A stretch of 55,577 bases of DNA from a virus: IMG/VR virus record IMGVR_UViG_3300029681_000005. One strand, written 5' to 3'. The position numbers were made by a program, and so were the translations under genes. Positions 1-8,245 of the stretch are shown one piece after another. Under the pieces are notes generated by a model. That model ran no database searches. It was not told the origin of the DNA and saw only the letters and a program-made list of their open reading frames with translations. Numbering within the stretch: the first letter of the stretch is position 1; each line of letters opens with the position of its first letter.

Positions 1-99
1 CTGAAGAACTTAAACTGGTCGTAGCTATTTGCTGTTGCGCCAAGCTGTTCTTTTAGCTTCTTGACGCTGATTTCATGTCCCTTTGACCCCATGTTCATC
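1..99. repeat. Left copy of a 99-bp terminal direct overlap, identical to 55479..55577. This is a circular-assembly signature; unit length about 55,478 bp
   Basis: Nt 1-99 (ctgaagaacttaaactggtcg...ccccatgttcatc) reappear exactly at 55479-55577. An ORF reads through the junction in frame. Confidence 0.9.
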
Positions 100-560
100 C
101 AATCCCGAAGCATGGAGTAAAGCAAAATGCTATACTGCGATTTCATGCTCGCCGTGTACCGCAAACGGTATCGGACATAGCCTTTTTCCGCAATATCAAA
201 GAACACTGGTTGCAACAGAGGGTTGCATCTGATCGAGACCATGTATGTAAAACACTCAGGGTCAAATCGAATCTGCGCCATAGCAAACAATGTGTACAGC
301 GTATATTCGTCTTTACCTTCAAGCGGAACAGCTACAGTGTTTTCAATAAAATGCCTGAGCTGCTGCTTTAAATCCTTACTGTTCAAACGGATACCTAAAA
401 AATCGCAGTATTCTTTTAGCGTGAACTGAACAGTTGCGCTTTCAGGGTCACGAGGGTTAATTCTTGACAGATAGACTTCTAAAAGCCGAAGCTCGCCAGC
501 GGTATAATCCCTGAATTTCGCCCATACAAGAGCCTTGCTCTTCTCAACGAGGTTGTTCAT
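1..560 (-). CDS. rep: Plasmid replication initiator, Rep_3/RepB-like, N-terminal part. It continues into 54977..55577 across the circular junction; complete protein about 353 aa
   Basis: ATG at 560 with GGGAG 9 nt upstream. My translation MNNLVEKSKALVWAKFRDYTAGELRLLEVYLSRINP...SMKSQYSILLYSMLRDWMNMGSKGHEISV joins tracked ORF 54977..55576 in frame. Motif pattern typical of Rep_3 initiators; iterons lie directly upstream. Confidence 0.8.
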   Translation of the reverse strand, partial: MNNLVEKSKALVWAKFRDYTAGELRLLEVYLSRINPRDPESATVQFTLKEYCDFLGIRLNSKDLKQQLRHFIENTVAVPLEGKDEYTLYTLFAMAQIRFDPECFTYMVSIRCNPLLQPVFFDIAEKGYVRYRLRYTASMKSQYSILLYSMLRDWMNMGSKGHEISVKKLKEQLGATANSYDQFKFF

Positions 561-653
561 CGACAAATCTCCCAATCTTTCACATCCCTTCCACTTGTTG
601 ATATCAGTATATCACAACACGGTTGAATTATCAATAGCGCATTTCTACCATCA

Positions 654-736
654 TGCAGATTTGGTATACCTGTCTGCGCAGATTTTGTATACCTTTATGC
701 AGTTTTAGTATACCTTCGTGCAGATTTGGTATACCT
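654..736. repeat. Four direct iterons (TGCAGATTTGGTATACCT and variants) at 654, 678, 698 and 719: candidate plasmid oriV
   Basis: 17-18-bp repeats spaced 21-24 bp, immediately upstream of the rep start codon. Confidence 0.85.
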
Positions 737-930
737 CCTTACATATATTAAACAAGATACTAAACAAGATAGGTAAATAACTTCTACTAAATAGAAAAGA
801 AGCAGACACTTTTCAACACACACACCTTGAATTTTCAAATCTTGTTGAAAACGACAATGTTCAAATCCAATAAATACAAGTTTAGAGTAAACCGAAAAAA
901 ACATCATTAACAGTTAGATGCATTAAACGT
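737..930. other. AT-rich spacer next to the iterons (candidate DNA unwinding element), with the duplicated motif AAACAAGATA
   Basis: Visibly AT-rich, no credible ORF, lies between two iteron clusters. Confidence 0.5.
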
Positions 931-938
931 GTACAGAT

Positions 939-1162
939 TGTGGACAGGTGAACAAGAAGTGAAACAGAAAGGTATACCTAATCTGCACAATGGGGGACAA
1001 ATTGACAAACTATTCAAGCACAAGCAGCAGATTAACGATAATTCGTTATTTATTCCGTGCGAATGTTGTCGATTTACAACCTATGGGGGACGGATTGACA
1101 AGGTAAAGGTATACCTAATCTGCATGAAACGTGAACAAAAAGTGGATGAACGTGGACAAAAT
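939..1162. repeat. Second repeat cluster: two inverted iterons, each paired with a GGGGGAC-N3-TTGACAA repeat, plus GTGAACA/GTGGACA repeats
   Basis: AGGTATACCTAATCTGCA at 970-987 and 1107-1124. GGGGGAC(aaa/gga)TTGACAA at 993 and 1086. Tracked ORF 929..1183 only mirrors these repeats. Confidence 0.75.
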
Positions 1163-1191
1163 GTTCTTCAAAAACTGCGATAATTCGACAA

Positions 1192-1785
1192 TCAGCCGCT
1201 TATATTATTCGGATTCACGGTATAAGAATCATTGGACTTCATAGCAGCTTCAGTCCCGGCATCTTGCGCCTGATAGAGAATTTCCATCTTCGGGGCGGTT
1301 CCGTTCGGGTCTGGGTCTGTTCCGGTAGCCTGTGCTATCTCATAGCTGCCCGATATCATCCGGCAGACAGAGACCCTGTCCTTCAACGGCGTGTGGAGGT
1401 TTGCCAGAATCTCTGTCAGCACACCGATGTGGTCTGAACCGTGATCTCCGTACCGCATATACAACAAGGCATCTATCTCGTAGGAAGAACACTCCATCAT
1501 GGCATCTATGAGAATCTGCCGTTTCTCCATGTCGGAAAGGTCATCTTCAAGATGTTCCAGCAGCCCCGGATGAATGCAAGCGTCCATGTATCGAGCCACC
1601 GATACGCCGCAGCAGGTGAACCAGCGCATAGCCATTGGCAGGGAAATAGCTGCCAGACCTTGCTCCCAGTTGGCAATCGTGCCACGATTCACACCCATCC
1701 GTGCCGCCAATTTCTGCTGACTCAAGCCAGAACGCATCCGTGCCATCTCTAATGCTTTGGCCGTTCTTACCAAATATTCATCCAT
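1192..1785 (-). CDS. XRE-family HTH transcriptional regulator with an unknown C-terminal domain
   Basis: Start moved to MDEYLV (AAGGG upstream). HTH segment LSQQKLAARMGVNRGTIANWEQG. Confidence 0.7.
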   Translation of the reverse strand: MDEYLVRTAKALEMARMRSGLSQQKLAARMGVNRGTIANWEQGLAAISLPMAMRWFTCCGVSVARYMDACIHPGLLEHLEDDLSDMEKRQILIDAMMECSSYEIDALLYMRYGDHGSDHIGVLTEILANLHTPLKDRVSVCRMISGSYEIAQATGTDPDPNGTAPKMEILYQAQDAGTEAAMKSNDSYTVNPNNISG

Positions 1786-1927
1786 AAATTCACGCCCTTT
1801 CAACAAAATTCTGCAAAAATGCCGGATTCGACAAGCCAAAAAATGGAAAAAGCTGCTATGGAGAACCAACAGCAGCCTGTGTTATAACTGTATTGTCAAA
1901 AAATTCCAAATAGAAAGGAAACACAAA

Positions 1928-2038
1928 ATGAAAGAAACTGTAATCTGGAACCATGAACGTATGCCGATCATCGATGGAATGCCTGCCAGCGTTCCCGATG
2001 GGAAACCACACACACCTGAACCGTGGGAGGAAAGTTAA
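1928..2038 (+). CDS. Small hypothetical protein (36 aa)
   Basis: Internal ATG of ORF 1757..2038 with AAAGGAAA upstream. Its stop overlaps the next start (TAATG). Confidence 0.4.
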   Translation: MKETVIWNHERMPIIDGMPASVPDGKPHTPEPWEES

Positions 2039-2244
2039 TGAACCGAACCGTAGATGCTCTGATTATTCCATACGCTCGTAGACGGACGCTGGAGCTTGTC
2101 CTGAGCCTTTCTGGGTACGAAGCTGATAAAGATGCTTACCTCGAAGCGAAAGGCATCCTAGAACGTGCCGTAGCCGCCTTAGACGATGGACGCGACCCGG
2201 CAGATAACATCGAACGCATTGACGGACAGCTTGTGGAACTGTGA
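2038..2244 (+). CDS. Hypothetical protein (68 aa)
   Basis: ATG at 2038 preceded by GGAGG; translationally coupled to the previous ORF. Confidence 0.55.
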   Translation: MNRTVDALIIPYARRRTLELVLSLSGYEADKDAYLEAKGILERAVAALDDGRDPADNIERIDGQLVEL

Positions 2245-2256
2245 AAGGAGAAGAAG

Positions 2257-2502
2257 ATGGACTTTACGAATGGATTCTATAAAGCCGAGAACCCTGTCGT
2301 TTTTGAAGAAGTGAAAACCTTCCTCCAGTCAATGGAACGGCGTGGGGCAACCGTAAAAGACTTAGACGATGCCATTGTGCAGCTAAACAATGTTTCGCAC
2401 AGCATCAGCACAAACGCTCTCGTCAAAGCAGATGTGCTGGACGATTTACCGGATAACCCCTTTCGTTCCATGCTCAACGGAATGTTACAAAGCAAAGGGT
2501 AA
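2257..2502 (+). CDS. Hypothetical protein (81 aa)
   Basis: ORF track; AAAGGAG upstream. Confidence 0.6.
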   Translation: MDFTNGFYKAENPVVFEEVKTFLQSMERRGATVKDLDDAIVQLNNVSHSISTNALVKADVLDDLPDNPFRSMLNGMLQSKG

Positions 2503-2611
2503 CTTAAACTTAATGTGGCTCTTAATCATTGTCATTGCAATTTTTGGTTTCCCTGATACAAAGTAACGGATGGAAAAATCATTTAACCTCAGCAAAGTTG
2601 TTAAAATGATA

Positions 2612-2639
2612 TTGACTGTACAACAGAAAGGTGTATAAT
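2612..2639 (+). promoter_or_regulatory. Sigma-70/SigA-type promoter, TTGACT-N16-TATAAT
   Basis: TTGACT at 2612-2617 and TATAAT at 2634-2639. Confidence 0.55.
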
Positions 2640-2686
2640 CGTATCAAATGAACATCCGAACTTACCGATCGGGAGGATATGCCACA

Positions 2687-2788
2687 ATGAGTGAACAAGA
2701 AAGAGCTAAGATTGACCGATTTATCGCATGGCTGTTGGAACACCCTGATAAGATTCCGGCAGCGGAGCAAGCTTTAGACCTGGAATAA
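2687..2788 (+). CDS. Micro-ORF (33 aa, MSEQERAKIDRFIAWLLEHPDKIPAAEQALDLE)
   Basis: GGGAGG 10 nt upstream; bracketed by its own promoter and terminator; below the track size cut-off. Confidence 0.4.
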   Translation: MSEQERAKIDRFIAWLLEHPDKIPAAEQALDLE

Positions 2789-2791
2789 CAG

Positions 2792-2841
2792 AAAACCCCT
2801 TGCACAGAGCTACACCAGCCCGGCACAAGGGGTTTTTATTT
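2792..2841 (+). terminator. Rho-independent terminator
   Basis: AAAACCCCTTG ... CAAGGGGTTTT stem followed by TTATTTT. Confidence 0.7.
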
Positions 2842-2992
2842 TACCGGGTCAGAACCACTTCTTTTTTCGGTTTCTACGGTAACGATATTTTCTGCTGTTG
2901 CCATATAGCACACGGTCGTTGCCTTTTAACAAGGCCTGCATGAACCAAAAGCAAAAGGCACAGCCGCACAACAAGTAATACACGGGCTTGCC

Positions 2993-3328
2993 TCACATCT
3001 TCTCGATCAGATTCATCAGCGCTTCACGCTGCGCTGTCGGCATAGATTCAAGCTTTTTTCTAATCCGCTCCACTGCTGCAACGACTTCACTTTGCGGCTG
3101 CTGGGGCGGGTTTTCTTTTTGGTCGCCAGTGAGAAGGTAGTCTACAGTAACGCCAAAGTACTGCGCCAATTTAACTGCATTCTGATTGGTCGGCTTTGCA
3201 TCGTTCCCTGCATTTGCTTCGGTTCTCCAATAGCTATAAGCAGATTTCGGAACGCCAGCTTCAGTCAAAGCACGAGATGGCTTTACTCCCTTTTGCTCAC
3301 ATAGCCTTACGAAATTATCAAAAAACAC
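2993..3328 (-). CDS. CI-like XRE-family repressor (111 aa)
   Basis: GTG start at 3328 with GGAGG 8 nt upstream. FFDNFVRLCEQKGVKPSRALTEAGVPKSAYSYW is an HTH. Divergent from a cro-like gene. Confidence 0.7.
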   Translation of the reverse strand: MFFDNFVRLCEQKGVKPSRALTEAGVPKSAYSYWRTEANAGNDAKPTNQNAVKLAQYFGVTVDYLLTGDQKENPPQQPQSEVVAAVERIRKKLESMPTAQREALMNLIEKM

Positions 3329-3363
3329 AAAACATACCTCCAGCGTTTGTACAAGATGACAAA

Positions 3364-3541
3364 GTTCTACCACTTGAACAAAAACACTTGAAAAGTTCTA
3401 CTACTTGTGCTTTAATAAGGCTACCGGGTTCAATCGGTAGAACAAATTAAAGACTTTGAACAAATAGAAGAACGTTCGATAATGTTTTTGCTTGACACCA
3501 TAATATTATCATATTCTTTCAAAAAGTTCAAGTACTAGAAC
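3364..3541. promoter_or_regulatory. Divergent switch region with three copies of a 16-bp operator-like pseudo-palindrome
   Basis: GTTCTACCACTTGAAC at 3364, GTTCTACTACTTGTGC at 3395, and GTTCAAGTACTAGAAC at 3526 (reverse orientation). A TTGACA hexamer lies at 3493. Confidence 0.6.
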
Positions 3542-3558
3542 AAGAAAGGAGAAAAAAT

Positions 3559-3756
3559 TTGCTTCCTAAGTGGACAGGCGATGTTGTGGGAACGCTTCAC
3601 GTTAACAGCATCGAAATCAGAGAGCTTGCTGCAAAAATGGGATGCGCACCGGAATACTTGGGAAAAATCCTGAACGGTAAGCGTGAACCTAAAAATGCGG
3701 AAGCTAAGGTGAAAGAAGCTCTGGAAGAGCTGTTGAATGAAAGAAAGGGGGAATAA
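3559..3756 (+). CDS. Cro-like small HTH regulator (65 aa, TTG start)
   Basis: AAAGGAG upstream. IRELAAKMGCAPEYLGKILNGK is HTH-like. Divergent from the cI-like gene. Confidence 0.55.
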   Translation: MLPKWTGDVVGTLHVNSIEIRELAAKMGCAPEYLGKILNGKREPKNAEAKVKEALEELLNERKGE

Positions 3757-3761
3757 GTGGT

Positions 3762-4136
3762 ATGGAACAGATTACCACCTTAAAGGTAGACCTTGAGTAC
3801 CCGGACGAAGCGCACCACGCCATTGACGAGGCAACAAAGGCCTACGAGGAAAGCAAAAAGCGCTGGGATGCTTTTGAAATCAACGAAGCCAAAAGCAAAG
3901 CACGGGACATTTTGTACAACCTGTGCAATGAAGGCTACAGTATGATCTGGACGGTCACGGATGGCGCTGTCGGCCTGACGATCTGGAAAAGCTTTAAGGA
4001 GCCTTCTGTTGGCCAGTGCTATATGCCAAAAGAAAGCCTGTTTGACATCTGGGTCGAAAAGCTAGTTGCGCTGTGCATTGCCACAGGCAAGGAAGTCCCG
4101 AAGTTTATCACAGATAAGGCTGGTGAATGCTGGTGA
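3762..4136 (+). CDS. Hypothetical protein (124 aa)
   Basis: ORF track; purine-rich RBS. Confidence 0.6.
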   Translation: MEQITTLKVDLEYPDEAHHAIDEATKAYEESKKRWDAFEINEAKSKARDILYNLCNEGYSMIWTVTDGAVGLTIWKSFKEPSVGQCYMPKESLFDIWVEKLVALCIATGKEVPKFITDKAGECW

Positions 4137-4318
4137 TGAAATTTCGTAAAGCGCAAAGCCGCAAGCGCAGACTAAAGCTGGCAATGGCAGCTGGCGTATC
4201 CAGAAACGATGCCAACAAGGTGCTGTGGATGGAGAAATCAATCAACCAGTGCTTTGAGCGTCACAATCGGGAAACCAGACTGAAAGAGAGTGGTCGCATT
4301 GGAAGAAAAGTATTGTGA
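4127..4318 (+). CDS. Hypothetical basic protein (63 aa)
   Basis: ORF track; overlaps its neighbours; start uncertain. Confidence 0.35.
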   Translation: MLVMKFRKAQSRKRRLKLAMAAGVSRNDANKVLWMEKSINQCFERHNRETRLKESGRIGRKVL

Positions 4319-4769
4319 GCGCTGCGGTGTCTTTCTTGGCCTTGTAAACCCATGCAAAAAGTATTGCGAAGAATGTAAAATCATTGTTCGCAGAGAACGG
4401 CAGGCCCTTATAAAGAAAGGAATCAAGGCTGAGCCGGAACCGGCTTTATGCGCTTGGTGCAAGAAGCCAATGGTTCGGAAGTTCTGGTCTCAGAAGTATC
4501 ACCCTGAATGCGCAGCAGATGCAAACAAGGCTTTGACCAAAAAGTACAAAGCCAAAAAGCAAAAAGAGCTGAATGCGCTAAAAGCATCTGGCGAGTTCAA
4601 AATCACTTGGGATGTGCAGGAGCCAGAACGTGCGAGACCTCAAAAGCACGAGCCTCCAAAGTATACCGTGCGACAGATGAACGATGCCGCAAAACGATAC
4701 GGCATGAGCTACGGCCATTACAGTACTTTACTTGCACAGGGAAAGGTGAAGGCCCCTGATGAACGGTAA
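4290..4769 (+). CDS. Zinc-ribbon protein (two CxxC pairs) with a C-terminal SYGHY-type helix
   Basis: CERCG...CEEC and CAWC...HPEC motifs; GTG start. Confidence 0.55.
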   Translation: MVALEEKYCERCGVFLGLVNPCKKYCEECKIIVRRERQALIKKGIKAEPEPALCAWCKKPMVRKFWSQKYHPECAADANKALTKKYKAKKQKELNALKASGEFKITWDVQEPERARPQKHEPPKYTVRQMNDAAKRYGMSYGHYSTLLAQGKVKAPDER

Positions 4770-4849
4770 ATACTACGGCAAGCGGGAAATCCGCTGGCAC
4801 AACCGGGAGAAAGACCGCTTGGAACACATACATAATAGAAAGGGTAAAG

Positions 4850-5041
4850 ATGAAAGCACTTATAGAAATCGTCCTGATCTGGGGAATCGTCTTGGCACTG
4901 ATTCTTGCAGCGTTCCTGCTGAACTTCTGGCTGGTGCATCATATCGAGCTTCTGGTCGGAGCTAAAATGACCTGGTACATTATCGGGATCAGCGCTCTGA
5001 TGGCCACATGCTGGGTTTTCAGCACAGGTAAGAAAGCATGA
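4850..5041 (+). CDS. Small membrane protein (two predicted TM helices)
   Basis: Hydrophobic segments IVLIWGIVLALILAAFLLNFWLV and WYIIGISALMATCWVF. Confidence 0.55.
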   Translation: MKALIEIVLIWGIVLALILAAFLLNFWLVHHIELLVGAKMTWYIIGISALMATCWVFSTGKKA

Positions 5042-5283
5042 CGCTGGAAGATGCAATGAAAGCCAGGTACTTCAACATCAACGACCTTAGCCGTAGATCG
5101 GGAGTATCAAGGCCGACGATTTACAGCATCTTGGGCAAGCGAAAGAAGCAAAAAAGTTCCGTTCGGGTCGATACGCTTCTAAAAATCGCAAAGGCCTTGA
5201 ATGCAAAGATTGCCATTAGTGAAAACAAGCCAAGCGGATTTGATATTGTCTTAAAAGAGGTGAAGAGAAATGAAAACTGTTAA
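5038..5283 (+). CDS. XRE-type HTH protein (81 aa)
   Basis: LSRRSGVSRPTIYSILGK; ATGA overlap with the upstream gene. Confidence 0.6.
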   Translation: MTLEDAMKARYFNINDLSRRSGVSRPTIYSILGKRKKQKSSVRVDTLLKIAKALNAKIAISENKPSGFDIVLKEVKRNENC

Positions 5284-5530
5284 AGGCACTGTATTGTGCT
5301 TTATAAGCATATCCATCGCCGTTGCAGCACTTGGATGTGGAAACGCCATCAACGGTGCTTCCAATAGCTGGGGGATGCTTGGATATGCGCTGCTGTCCGT
5401 CTCAATGCTTTTTACTGCTTTGATTCTCGCTATTATCGGCGTTAGCGCGGAGAATGAGCGTATTGAACGTGAAAACCGTAAGATTAAGCGAGTGGCCCAC
5501 CACACCAACGAGTGGAGGGATGCTCAGTGA
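5270..5530 (+). CDS. Small membrane protein (86 aa)
   Basis: Two hydrophobic helices; good RBS (AGAGGTGAAG). Confidence 0.55.
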   Translation: MKTVKGTVLCFISISIAVAALGCGNAINGASNSWGMLGYALLSVSMLFTALILAIIGVSAENERIERENRKIKRVAHHTNEWRDAQ

Positions 5531-5733
5531 AATGCCCGATGTGCGGACAGGAAAGTGTTACGACCGTTGACACTAGAAACGAGGACGATTGCATTATTCG
5601 CAGAAAGCATTGCTTGAATAAAGAATGCGATTACCGGTGGTCTACCATTGAAATCGACACAAGCCAGTGGTACTCAGCTCTTCAAATCCAAGAGCACAGA
5701 AAACAGAGAGGACGGCCCAGAAAGAATGATTAG
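5527..5733 (+). CDS. NrdR-like N-terminal zinc-ribbon protein
   Basis: VKCPMCGQESVTTVDTR...IRRKHCLNKECDYRWSTIE resembles the NrdR zinc ribbon. GTG start with GGAGG 8 nt upstream. Confidence 0.45.
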   Translation: MKCPMCGQESVTTVDTRNEDDCIIRRKHCLNKECDYRWSTIEIDTSQWYSALQIQEHRKQRGRPRKND

Positions 5734-5926
5734 CGTGAACCTAGATAGATTCGGTGGCGTGACCGAGCCGGAGGACGGCGTGTACTTTATGACCAACAAG
5801 CAGATGGCAGAAGCGAAAGAAGCCGACCGGCTGGCAGCGATTGAGGACTTGCAGTCTGAGATTGAGGACAGGGAAGCAGAGCTGAAAGACCTCCGCGCAC
5901 AGTTGGCAGAACTGATGGCTGGTTGA
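5726..5926 (+). CDS. Small coiled-coil protein (66 aa)
   Basis: Internal ATG of ORF 5648..5926; acidic heptad-like C-terminus. Confidence 0.45.
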   Translation: MISVNLDRFGGVTEPEDGVYFMTNKQMAEAKEADRLAAIEDLQSEIEDREAELKDLRAQLAELMAG

Positions 5927-5995
5927 TTATGTACAGCCATATTAAGCCAAAGTGAGAACAATGAAGCCTAATGAAGCCGAAGAAAGGAAAGAAAA

Positions 5996-6382
5996 ATGGG
6001 CAAATACAAGAAAGAAATCAAGCACTGCGAAAAGTGCAATAAGCCTTTTTCAGTGTTCCCGAACAGTACGGAAACTCTTTGCGCAAACTGTAAAAGGAAC
6101 AACTTAGAGGAAACGCTTCGCAAGAACGGTCATGCACCGCAGCATACGTATGTTAGGAGTTTTAGTGACAGCCTTAATGAAGTGTTTGCTGTCGAAAAAG
6201 CCGCAGTAAGGGCTTCGTGGGACAAGAACACAAGCATTGAGAAAACTTGCCGAGATTGCGGCAAAGCATTCGAGATTTCTCGTGCAGAGCGCATTTTCTT
6301 TGAATCGCATAACATGGCACTGCCCAAGCGTTGCCCGGCTTGCCGTAAAGCGAGGAAAGAAGCGAGGAAGGAGAACAACTAA
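5996..6382 (+). CDS. Zinc-ribbon protein; the C-terminus resembles the zf-trcl probable zinc-ribbon domain
   Basis: CEKC...CANC and CRDCGKAFEISRAERIFFESHNMALPKRCPACR. Confidence 0.5.
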   Translation: MGKYKKEIKHCEKCNKPFSVFPNSTETLCANCKRNNLEETLRKNGHAPQHTYVRSFSDSLNEVFAVEKAAVRASWDKNTSIEKTCRDCGKAFEISRAERIFFESHNMALPKRCPACRKARKEARKENN

Positions 6383-7014
6383 TGGCAGTATTAGTAATGG
6401 TATATGGTCATTCCGGCAGTGGAAAGTCCGCTTCGCTTCGGAATTTTGACCCGGAACAGGTAGCAGTTATCAACGTGCTTGGCAAGCCGTTGCCGTTCCG
6501 CAGCAACATGAAAACCTATATCACCAACGACTACGGCAAGATTGATGTCGCAATCCACAGCACCAAGCGTAAGTCCATCGTCATTGACGATGCCACCTAT
6601 CTTATGACCGGCGAGTTCATGCGGAACGCAAAGGTCGCTGGATACCAGAAGTTCACCGACATGGCAGCCAACTTCAACGCCTTGCTGATGCGGGCAAAGG
6701 AGCTGCCGGACGATGTGGTGGTCTACTTCTTCGGACACAGCGAGCGTGACGGCGATGGCGGCGAGAAATTCAAGACCATTGGCAAGCTGCTGGACGAGAA
6801 GGTCTGCGTGGAAGGGTACTTTACCATCGTTCTGAAAACCGTTGTGCAGGATGGGCGATACCTGTTCAGCACTCGCAACGATGGGATGGACACTGTGAAA
6901 ACCCCTCTGGGGATGTTCAACGATGCGCTGATCGAGAACGATCTTGCCGCCGTAGACAAGACCATCCGTGAGTATTACAACATCTCGGTTCAGCCGGATA
7001 ACAAAGGAGAGTAA
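6382..7014 (+). CDS. Sak4-like / AAA_24 RecA-fold ATPase (phage recombination)
   Basis: Walker A GHSGSGKS. Size and position next to an SSB-like gene are typical of this family. Confidence 0.65.
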   Translation: MAVLVMVYGHSGSGKSASLRNFDPEQVAVINVLGKPLPFRSNMKTYITNDYGKIDVAIHSTKRKSIVIDDATYLMTGEFMRNAKVAGYQKFTDMAANFNALLMRAKELPDDVVVYFFGHSERDGDGGEKFKTIGKLLDEKVCVEGYFTIVLKTVVQDGRYLFSTRNDGMDTVKTPLGMFNDALIENDLAAVDKTIREYYNISVQPDNKGE

Positions 7015-7017
7015 CAG

Positions 7018-7587
7018 ATGAAGAACATCAACTGGAATGACGTACAGGAAGCCACCGAACGCCGTGACTTGCCTGTTGACGGCTATGTTGCCGGTATCTG
7101 CAAGGCAACGGACGAGCCTGCAAAGGAGCGCCTGAACATCGAGTGGGAAGTCGCAGAGGGCGAGTTCAAGGGATACTGGCGCGAGCAGACTGCTTCCCTT
7201 ATCGAGCGCGGCAAGCTGAATCCGGGCGAGTGGGCGTGGGGTGGCAAGACCATCAAGAGCTACAAAGAAAAGGCGCTACCGTTCTTCAAGGGCTTTATCA
7301 CCGCTGTGGAGCAGTCCAACCCCGGCTACAAGTTCAACAACGATGAAAAGACCCTGCGTGGCAAGCTGGTCGGCGTGGTTCTCCGTGAGGAAGAATACAT
7401 GGGCAACGACGGGAATATCAAGACAAAGCTGGTCGTTGACCGCTTCACCAGCGTGGACAAGATTCGTTGCGGCGATTATGAGGTCAGACCGAAGAAAACG
7501 CTGGCTGGTGGGTCTGGCTCTGGATACTCGCAGGGTGGGAACGATGACTTTTCTGTGATTGAGGACGACGGTTCGTTGCCGTTCTGA
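7018..7587 (+). CDS. DUF669-like single-strand-binding-type protein with an acidic SSB-like tail
   Basis: C-terminus ...DDFSVIEDDGSLPF resembles the SSB tip DDDIPF; sits next to the Sak4-like gene. Confidence 0.55.
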   Translation: MKNINWNDVQEATERRDLPVDGYVAGICKATDEPAKERLNIEWEVAEGEFKGYWREQTASLIERGKLNPGEWAWGGKTIKSYKEKALPFFKGFITAVEQSNPGYKFNNDEKTLRGKLVGVVLREEEYMGNDGNIKTKLVVDRFTSVDKIRCGDYEVRPKKTLAGGSGSGYSQGGNDDFSVIEDDGSLPF

Positions 7588-7598
7588 GGTGTTCGCGC

Positions 7599-8192
7599 AT
7601 GGGACACGCATTTGGAGAGTATTGGACGCAAGAGAAGATTCTTCAATCCGTAAAAGATTGTATGGATGCTACTGGGTTGACCAGAATGCCATCAAGAAGC
7701 GAATTGAGCGGGTACTACGGTAACAACAAGGTAACAAATGCCATCAAGCGGCTTCCGGGTGGCTACTACAAGGTGGCTGAACTTCTCAAAATCGAGATGA
7801 AGGAAAGCGAAACTCAGTTTGGAAAATACGGAGAAGAACTTGCAATAAAATTGCTGGAAGAACACGGATTTTCCGTTGAACGGATGACAACCAGATATGC
7901 TTACGACCTTTATGTTAATGGAAGCGTTAAGGTTGATGTGAAAACAGCGAGACCGAGCAGGGCAAACAAGAGTTTTTGCTATTCGTTCAATCTTGAAAAA
8001 CGATTCCCTACTTGCGATGTTTATTTTCTGATCGCAAAAAACGAAGAGAAGGAAAGCATTTACATAGTTCCTGCTTCCATCAACCAGACGCAGATTGGTC
8101 TTGGAACTGGAACGACTGTGTACAGCAAATATCAAGACCGATATGACATTATCACTGATATGAGCAAGGCTTTCGCTTCGGCAAAGTCCTGA
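7599..8192 (+). CDS. PD-(D/E)XK-type nuclease-like protein
   Basis: GEELAIKLLEEHGF...YDLYVNGSVKVDVKTA fits an E...D...(D/E)xK layout. Confidence 0.45.
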   Translation: MGHAFGEYWTQEKILQSVKDCMDATGLTRMPSRSELSGYYGNNKVTNAIKRLPGGYYKVAELLKIEMKESETQFGKYGEELAIKLLEEHGFSVERMTTRYAYDLYVNGSVKVDVKTARPSRANKSFCYSFNLEKRFPTCDVYFLIAKNEEKESIYIVPASINQTQIGLGTGTTVYSKYQDRYDIITDMSKAFASAKS

Positions 8193-8245
8193 CCACCTAC
8201 CTTATATAAGAGCTGCGCTATCTGGCTGGACGGGCGTTTGGAAAG

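Noticed and set aside
929-1183. Tracked 84-aa plus-strand ORF in the origin region
   Set aside because: It has no RBS and a GTG start. Its internal similarity (…KGIPNLHNGGQIDK… / …GGRIDKVKVYLICM…) simply mirrors the iteron and GGGGGAC...TTGACAA DNA repeats, so it is read as origin DNA rather than a gene.
2687-2788. Arbitrium-like communication peptide next to the lysogeny switch
   Set aside because: The 33-aa product has no signal peptide or hydrophobic N-terminus, and no TPR-type receptor gene is present.
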